Shown: piece by piece, positions 1-4,621 of the stretch | Layout of the letters: each line of letters starts with the position of its first letter | Numbering within the stretch: the first letter of the stretch is position 1 | From: Promethearchaeia archaeon | Lineage (GTDB): Archaea; Asgardarchaeota; Lokiarchaeia; Sigyniarchaeales; SOKP01 | Assembly (NCBI GenBank): GCA_046497275.1 | Contig: JAWOFX010000123.1 | Span: 1 to 6,104 of the forward strand | Direction of reading: 5' to 3' | DNA length: 6,104 nucleotides | Position numbers and translations under genes: made by a program | The notes under the pieces: generated by a model | Told to the model about the DNA's origin: nothing | The model's input: only the letters and a program-made list of their open reading frames with translations | The model's database searches: none

Positions 1-236
1 CCTTCTCCAAATTCTAGATTTCCCTCAGAAGCTTTAACCCACATTTTTTTATCGGCGTCAGTTAAGATCATTTGAACTGCAATATCCATATCTTCAAGTT
101 CTTCTTTTAAGTCTTCCATTTCCTCAGCAATTTGCTGGTATAATGTAAAACATTTTATTGCATCATCTGGGTCAGCAGCAGCTGCGCCAGCATCAAATTT
201 CTCTTTTAATTCTTTAACTAATGCTTCATCTACCAT
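1..236 (-). CDS. SCP2 sterol/lipid-binding domain protein, paralog A (5' part only; runs off the left edge)
   Basis: Not in the ORF track. Manual translation from ATG at 236-234 gives MVDEALVKELKEKFDAGAAAADPDDAIKCFTLYQQIAEEMEDLKEELEDMDIAVQMILTDADKKMWVKASEGNLEFGE(G), open to the edge. 60/78 aa are identical, ungapped, to the 831-1259 protein. The family call is transferred from that paralog. Confidence 0.9.
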   Translation of the reverse strand, partial: MVDEALVKELKEKFDAGAAAADPDDAIKCFTLYQQIAEEMEDLKEELEDMDIAVQMILTDADKKMWVKASEGNLEFGE

Positions 237-261
237 TGTAATTTTTCACATCGAATTGGTA

Positions 262-276
262 TTTTATATATATTAA
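262..276 (-). promoter_or_regulatory. Candidate archaeal TATA box for SCP2 paralog A
   Basis: The - strand reads TTTAATATATATAAA, ending 26 nt upstream of the ATG at 236. This spacing fits a short-leader or leaderless archaeal transcript. The AT-rich background limits certainty. Confidence 0.4.
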
Positions 277-746
277 ATCAAAATTTGCAATTTAATATAA
301 CACAAGAACATATAAAAAGATTAATACGAAGAGCGTATGCAATATTGATCAAATAATGAGGATTTATATATTGTTCGACCATCTAATAGATTAAAAATCT
401 AATTTGGTATTTGAAAGTGTATGTATTTGTTGTTTAAGGTCTGAATTGAAGAGTTAAAGACAAAAAAAGAGGAGGGTAACCAAGATAAAAATGAAAGTAT
501 CACAGAAATTATATAAGAATAGCTTTATTTCGACAAAACCAGTATAACAGAGTTATCTTACATTAAATTGAGCTCTAAACCCAATGATAACAAAACTTAT
601 GTACATAAAAATGAGATTACTACTTTCGAAGGAAGATAATCTTTAAAAATGAAATTTTCTAAGTCATCCAAGAAAAAGTAAAGAAGATTAAGTCATTTCT
701 ACATAAAATTAAGGTTATTTTAAGATATATTGACCAGATTAATTTG

Positions 747-770
747 AAAAAATAAGGAGAAAAAAAAGAA
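747..770 (-). terminator. Oligo-T terminator candidate of SCP2 paralog B
   Basis: The - strand reads TTCTTTTTTTTCTCCTTATTTTTT (T8 plus T6), 60-85 nt downstream of the TAA at 831-833. Archaeal termination uses U-tracts. Confidence 0.5.
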
Positions 771-830
771 TAATTGTTATTTAGGATTGATTTAAATCTA
801 TTGGTATTGATCTTTAATCTTCTGGGAATT

Positions 831-1259
831 TTACTCTATTGCATCTTCAAAGGCTTCCATAGCTAACTCAATAATTTCTTGGAAAGCCATGGCATCTTGA
901 AGGTTTCCTTCTACGGTGATATCACCTGCCATGTATGCGCTGGTCGCATCTACTTCTCCATACAACATCCCAGCCCCTACTTCGCTTGTTGCAGAAAAGG
1001 TAAATGAAGGATCATCGATTTCTCCCTCACCATATTCCAGAGTTCCTTCCTTGGCTTTCACCCAAAATTTCTTATCAATATCCGTGAGGATCATTTGGAC
1101 AGCAATATCCATATCTTCTAATTCTTCTTTAAGATCCTCACTTTCTTCAGCTAATTGTTTATATAACTCATACACTTTCAATGCATCATCAGGGTCAGCA
1201 TTCGCTGCGCCCGCTTCGAATTTTTCTTTCATTTCATTTAATAATGCTTGATCAACCAT
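831..1259 (-). CDS. SCP2 sterol/lipid-binding domain protein, paralog B (142 aa, very acidic)
   Basis: It shows the SCP2-family pattern: beta strands (FWVKAKEGTLEYGEG..P.FTFSAT) and the C-terminal AYMAGDITVEGNL (A(F/Y)MxGxlxxxGdl-type) motif. I moved the start from the track's GTG (1268) to ATG 1259. Paralog A begins at the equivalent MVD, and that GTG forms part of an SD-like AAGGTG 6 nt upstream of the ATG. Confidence 0.92.
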   Translation of the reverse strand: MVDQALLNEMKEKFEAGAANADPDDALKVYELYKQLAEESEDLKEELEDMDIAVQMILTDIDKKFWVKAKEGTLEYGEGEIDDPSFTFSATSEVGAGMLYGEVDATSAYMAGDITVEGNLQDAMAFQEIIELAMEAFEDAIE

Positions 1260-1296
1260 ATTTAACACCTTGATTAACTAGTATTGCTAATTAAAA

Positions 1297-1318
1297 ATTT
1301 ACAATTTTTTTTGTAAAT
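1297..1318. promoter_or_regulatory. Perfect 8-6-8 inverted repeat (ATTTACAA-N6-TTGTAAAT), operator-like
   Basis: ATTTACAA at 1297-1304 and its exact reverse complement TTGTAAAT at 1311-1318. It lies between the predicted TATA box and the start site of paralog B. Confidence 0.4.
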
Positions 1319-1337
1319 AATATAATTTTCACTCTTT
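1318..1337 (-). promoter_or_regulatory. BRE/TATA candidate for SCP2 paralog B
   Basis: The - strand has a purine-rich AAAGAGTGAAAA followed by TTATATTA (1325-1318). This predicts a start near 1293 and a ~35-nt leader containing the SD-like AAGGTG. Confidence 0.45.
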
Positions 1338-1415
1338 CCATTTAAAAATCTTTTGAAAGACGAGAACTTGGGAAGATTGTATTCCAAATGAAATTAAAAT
1401 TCTTAGTACAAAGTA

Positions 1416-1431
1416 TTTGATTTAAATCAAA
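1416..1431. repeat. Perfect 16-bp palindrome TTTGATTTAAATCAAA
   Basis: The sequence is exactly self-complementary. A near copy ATTGATTTAAATCTAT lies at 786-801 (12 contiguous identical nt) and a half copy at 273-282. Function unknown. Confidence 0.5.
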
Positions 1432-1480
1432 ATTTTCAATTACACTTTGAAATTTAAGAAAAATATTTGTAAATCTAATT

Positions 1481-2020
1481 CTATATGGTCAAAACAAGAA
1501 AGAATGGATAAATAATAGAAAATATTATTGCAACCAAAATTATTTTCCACATATGAAATTCACTTTTAATGATATCATTCATTTTTTGTCTTTTATACTC
1601 GCCCTCAAATTCTTGTGTGGTAGGTCGCCAATGATACCCATCTATATCCTTCATTACAAAACCTCTACGTAAAAATTCTGTTTTCATCTTTTGGGTGACC
1701 ACCATTGTAGCAAAACTTGTTTTGCCTTCAGTTAATATATAAAGATAGAACAAATCCAAAAAAAATAAAATGATGCTGTATGGTTCAATGATGATACTAA
1801 TAAAAAAGTTAGAAATCGCAAGACTAAGGAGAAATATATAATAATAGGGATTTTTTTTGATATAAAAGTATATCAATAAACCAAGAGGGATAAAAAATGA
1901 AATTATTTGAATGATAGAAACTAATGAAAAAGCAATTTCAAAAAGATATATAAATATAAAGGAAGTACAATGAAAAAAAGTCAATAATAAGGTCAAAAAA
2001 TTAAATATTTTATTAGTCAA
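1481..2020 (-). CDS. Hypothetical integral membrane protein (179 aa, about 5 TM helices)
   Basis: TTG start with an SD-like AAAGGT 8 nt upstream, and a TAG stop. Four hydrophobic segments lie in aa ~5-97, then a charged ~60-aa loop (..LRRGFVMKDIDGYHWRPTTQEFEGEYKRQK..), then a C-terminal hydrophobic helix. I recognise no family. The start codon is uncertain. Confidence 0.72.
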   Translation of the reverse strand: MTNKIFNFLTLLLTFFHCTSFIFIYLFEIAFSLVSIIQIISFFIPLGLLIYFYIKKNPYYYIFLLSLAISNFFISIIIEPYSIILFFLDLFYLYILTEGKTSFATMVVTQKMKTEFLRRGFVMKDIDGYHWRPTTQEFEGEYKRQKMNDIIKSEFHMWKIILVAIIFSIIYPFFLVLTI

Positions 2021-2348
2021 CTGTAAATACCTTTTCTGATTGAAGATTTCTTCTTTAAGAATAAAAATTATAATTATAAATATAAATCTTCCCTTGGGGT
2101 TAATAAATGGAAATTACATATTCAAGGAATTTAAATATAAATGAAGTATATATTTTTGCTTGATTCTCTTTCCTAAAGAAAATGTTCATTTCTATGATTG
2201 TTAATTATAGAGTGATTAAGTTTTATTTCGTTACTGGGATATTAGGGTATAATTTTCTTTAGTTTCCTCAATAATAAAAAATCTTTAGTTGAATTGAGCA
2301 TTTAAATATTGAAGTTATGAAAAATTGTAAATTTATGATTTCTATATT

Positions 2349-3596
2349 ATGTCTTCTACAAAAGAACTAAGTCATTGGCGTTTCTGGCCTGTGTTTATTT
2401 TAGCATTTTTTTATCCCATGAATAATGGAATGATTAATCTCTTAGTTCCAATCTATTATCTGCAAGAAGGTTTATATGAGGGGGCAATTGGTGTGCTTTC
2501 TGCGGGAACTACCATAGCATATGTATTTTCTCCATTATTACTTAATAAAGTCTCTCAAAAGATTAAAAGAAAGACCAGTATTATAATCTCATTAACAGGA
2601 GTGTTTCTCTCTGAAATTATCTTTTATTTTACCTTAAATCCCATATTATTTATAATTTCCAGGACAGTAGAAGGTATTTTCATGGGATTATATTGGCCAA
2701 ATCTGCAATCTTCGATTTCTGATAATATTTTTCATGAGCATCGGAAATTAACTGCTAAATATAATATCTCATGGAATTTAGGAATATTAGGGGGGTTTTT
2801 ACTGGGCGCTTTGTTGCTATTCATATTTGAATTACTAGAAATTATATTTTATATTGCTCCGATTTTAATATTTATCAATTTAATCATCGCAATAGGCGCG
2901 TTTCAAGAACCAAAAAAGATAAATATTCATTCTAAAGAATTTAAAGAATATATAAAAAAAAAGAAACTCAATCTTGTAAAAGCAGTAAAAATTAAAGAGG
3001 AAAAGGATGATTTTACTAAAATATCTTTTCCATTAATATTTCCCGTTCTTTTAGTAATCGGATATTGTCTACCTCGGGCAGCGATAAATTTTTTATATCC
3101 CCTTAAATCTGAATTACTCAATTTTGAACCATATACTGTATATATTGCGATTTTTTTCTTAGCACTTTCCCAAATGATTTCAATGATTTTCGCTAGTTTA
3201 ATGAAATTGAGAAGGTTTAATAAAATTCCCCCTATTATGATTGGTATTTTGGTGCTGATCTTTCCGATAATCGCATTAAATCAAGAGTTTCTTATATTTA
3301 TTATACTTTTTCTTATAATCGGTTCTTGCACTGGTATTTTGTATGGTGTTTCATTACGTTTATTTTTAATTTTAAATATGAAAGAAAACAAATCTATATA
3401 TTCAGCATTTTTAGAGAGTATTCTTGGTCTTGTATTTCTGATCACCCCGATTCTTTCAGGCGTTATTGCTGCAATTGATTTGAATATCACCTTTTACTTA
3501 TTGACTTCAATACTAGTTATTCTATTTTTTGTTTTGCTGATTCTTAGCATTAAAAAAGTGAATTTTGAAGTAAATGAAAAAGAAAACGTAGAATAA
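2349..3596 (+). CDS. MFS transporter (12-TM, DHA1-like), substrate unknown
   Basis: 415 aa with two hydrophobic halves separated by a Lys/Glu-rich central loop. It has a motif-B-like SRTVEGIFMG, a motif-C-like LGILGGFLLGAL, and a degenerate motif A (NKVSQKIKRK). Confidence 0.9.
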   Translation: MSSTKELSHWRFWPVFILAFFYPMNNGMINLLVPIYYLQEGLYEGAIGVLSAGTTIAYVFSPLLLNKVSQKIKRKTSIIISLTGVFLSEIIFYFTLNPILFIISRTVEGIFMGLYWPNLQSSISDNIFHEHRKLTAKYNISWNLGILGGFLLGALLLFIFELLEIIFYIAPILIFINLIIAIGAFQEPKKINIHSKEFKEYIKKKKLNLVKAVKIKEEKDDFTKISFPLIFPVLLVIGYCLPRAAINFLYPLKSELLNFEPYTVYIAIFFLALSQMISMIFASLMKLRRFNKIPPIMIGILVLIFPIIALNQEFLIFIILFLIIGSCTGILYGVSLRLFLILNMKENKSIYSAFLESILGLVFLITPILSGVIAAIDLNITFYLLTSILVILFFVLLILSIKKVNFEVNEKENVE

Positions 3597-3602
3597 AAGA
3601 AG

Positions 3603-3712
3603 TGGCGCCCGCGCCGGGATTTGAACCCGGGTCGCAGGAGTGACAGTCCCGAATGCTTTCGGCGAAGAATAGATGAGATCTATTCTTTTAGACCGGACTA
3701 CACTACACGGGC
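3603..3712 (-). tRNA. tRNA-Asp(GUC), CCA encoded, with a 32-nt D-loop intron
   Basis: The - strand folds fully once the intron is removed. Acceptor GCCCGTG/CGCGGGC, D-stem GTGT/GCAT, anticodon stem CGGGA/TCCTG with loop CT-GTC-AC (anticodon 3644-3642), T-arm CCGGG-TTCAAAT-CCCGG, discriminator G73, then CCA (3605-3603). The mature length of 78 nt matches archaeal tRNA-Asp with 17a/20a/20b. Confidence 0.97.
3658..3689 (-). other. tRNA-Asp intron, 32 nt, D-loop position 20b/21 (21/22 gives the same mature tRNA)
   Basis: Intron sequence AAAAGAATAGATCTCATCTATTCTTCGCCGAA. The central 4-bp helix is exon CGGU (17a-20) with intron GCCG. The bulges are CU^A and AA^A, and there is an internal perfect 10-bp hairpin AAGAATAGAT/ATCTATTCTT. 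Confidence 0.88.
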
Positions 3713-3754
3713 ATTTGATATAAAGTTTGGTACTTTGTTCCAATCACATCCGCT

Positions 3755-3770
3755 TTTATATATTCGCTTG
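3755..3770 (-). promoter_or_regulatory. BRE-TATA promoter of tRNA-Asp
   Basis: The - strand reads CAAGCGAA-TATATAAA, ending 43 nt upstream of tRNA G1. This matches the archaeal BRE+TATA arrangement and predicts a ~20-nt pre-tRNA leader. Confidence 0.65.
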
Positions 3771-3949
3771 TTGGAAGTAAAGAAACTTTATAGTAACAAA
3801 AGAAATAATTAAAAATTTAAAAATTTTATTCTCGGAGATTCTAATGGAAATGCGTAAGAAAACGAAAAGTTTAAATTCATTAATTCCGCAATTCTTAATA
3901 AGAAGCCTTTGAATAGGTTTTTTAAAATTTATCTAATAATGGAATTAAT

Positions 3950-4420
3950 ATGAACAATTTCGAGAGCATTTACTCTATCCTCAAAAGTTTACTTAAAGTG
4001 GATAATGATGAATTTAAAAACCTATTAGATAAGTATTTGCAGAATGTTACGAACCTTTTTGCGAATCTCGATGAAATAAAACAAAATTTTTCCGATATGG
4101 ATGACATTTATCAATTTTACATTACTGATATAGATTTCCAATTCTGGTTTAAAATTAAAGAAGGCTCACTAAGTTACTCACAAGGACTTAATGAAAACTA
4201 TGATATAAAATTTAAGTTAACCAAGGAAGTTTTTTTAAAAATAATCACACTTCAAATTCAAACATATGATGCTTATATGAGGGGTTTAGTTAAATCAGAA
4301 GGTGAATTATCCTATGTAATACAGTTTAGAAATTTTTTTAATGAAATGACCGAATATATCTCATTCTTGTTAAAAAAACAACGAAAGAAAAAGAAATCGT
4401 CCACTTCTCATAATCAATGA
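3950..4420 (+). CDS. SCP2 sterol/lipid-binding domain protein, paralog C, with polybasic C-terminal tail (156 aa)
   Basis: It aligns without gaps to paralog B (34/142 identical by hand count). Shared blocks include D49-M50-D51, TDID, FWxKxKEGxLxYxxG and AYMxGxxxxEGxL. It has an extra tail KKQRKKKKSSTSHNQ. Confidence 0.85.
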   Translation: MNNFESIYSILKSLLKVDNDEFKNLLDKYLQNVTNLFANLDEIKQNFSDMDDIYQFYITDIDFQFWFKIKEGSLSYSQGLNENYDIKFKLTKEVFLKIITLQIQTYDAYMRGLVKSEGELSYVIQFRNFFNEMTEYISFLLKKQRKKKKSSTSHNQ

Positions 4421-4505
4421 TGATAATAAATTTTTTTAGCCATAGAGGACGATATTAATATAACTTCACATTTTATTATGAGAGAAGATCAATTTCTCTC
4501 TTTAA

Positions 4506-4600
4506 GGACCCGTAATCTAGTCTGGATAGGGTACCCGCCTTCGGAGACTTCTAAATGGAGCCGAATTGGGATGTCGCAGGTTCGAATCCTGCCGGGTCCG
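4506..4600 (+). tRNA. tRNA-Arg(UCG), no encoded CCA, with a 20-nt intron
   Basis: Acceptor GGACCCG/CGGGTCC, D-stem ATCT/GGGT, anticodon TCG at 4541-4543, variable loop ATGTC, T-arm GCAGG-TTCGAAT-CCTGC, and G73. The Arg identity elements A20 (4526) and C35 are present. Mature length is 75 nt before CCA. Confidence 0.96.
4547..4566 (+). other. tRNA-Arg intron, 20 nt, non-canonical position 39/40
   Basis: Intron sequence ACTTCTAAATGGAGCCGAAT. It forms a strict BHB: outer helix C31C32U33/G41G42G43, bulge AU^U, central helix UCGG/CCGA, bulge AG^A, inner helix CUUC/GGAG. Only this junction restores the C31-G39 pair. Confidence 0.88.
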
Positions 4601-4601
4601 C

Positions 4602-4621
4602 TTTTTAATTAATCTTCTTTT
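4602..4621 (+). terminator. T-rich terminator candidate after tRNA-Arg
   Basis: TTTTT at 4602-4606 and TCTTCTTTT at 4613-4621, immediately 3' of G73. Confidence 0.45.

Noticed and set aside
469-547. SD-like GAGGAGG followed by an 18-codon ORF (491-547)
   Set aside because: The SD-to-ATG spacing (~15 nt) is too long and the peptide is very short and featureless.
660-696. Direct repeat TAAGTCAT at 660-667 and 689-696; possible CRISPR or array remnant
   Set aside because: Only two 8-nt copies, with no repeat-spacer periodicity and no cas genes.
916-1251. 111-aa + strand ORF in the track
   Set aside because: It lies wholly antisense to SCP2-B, which has a recognisable family motif and a paralog. 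Its Ser-rich composition is typical of a shadow frame.
1260-1268. GTG start at 1268 for SCP2-B (MLN extension)
   Set aside because: Paralog A starts at the equivalent MVD, and the GTG is better explained as part of the SD-like AAGGTG.
2068-2079. Palindrome TTATAATTATAA in the divergent promoter region
   Set aside because: It is a pure A/T low-complexity sequence expected by chance here, and probably overlaps TATA elements.
2927-3490. Two - strand ORFs (2927-3121 and 3281-3490)
   Set aside because: Both are antisense shadows inside the MFS gene, with no recognisable motifs.
3522-3812. ORFs 3522-3743 (-) and 3621-3812 (+)
   Set aside because: Both overlap the tRNA-Asp gene, whose complete cloverleaf explains the sequence.
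4545-4564. Canonical 37/38 placement of the tRNA-Arg intron
   Set aside because: It gives a C31.U39 mismatch in the mature stem. The canonical register (CUUC32-35 pairing with intron GGAG) leaves two extra nucleotides, whereas 39/40 satisfies both the BHB and the stem.
3603-4600. tRNA genes as attachment sites of an integrated element
   Set aside because: No duplicated tRNA 3' fragment, integrase or transposase, and no composition shift is visible in this window.
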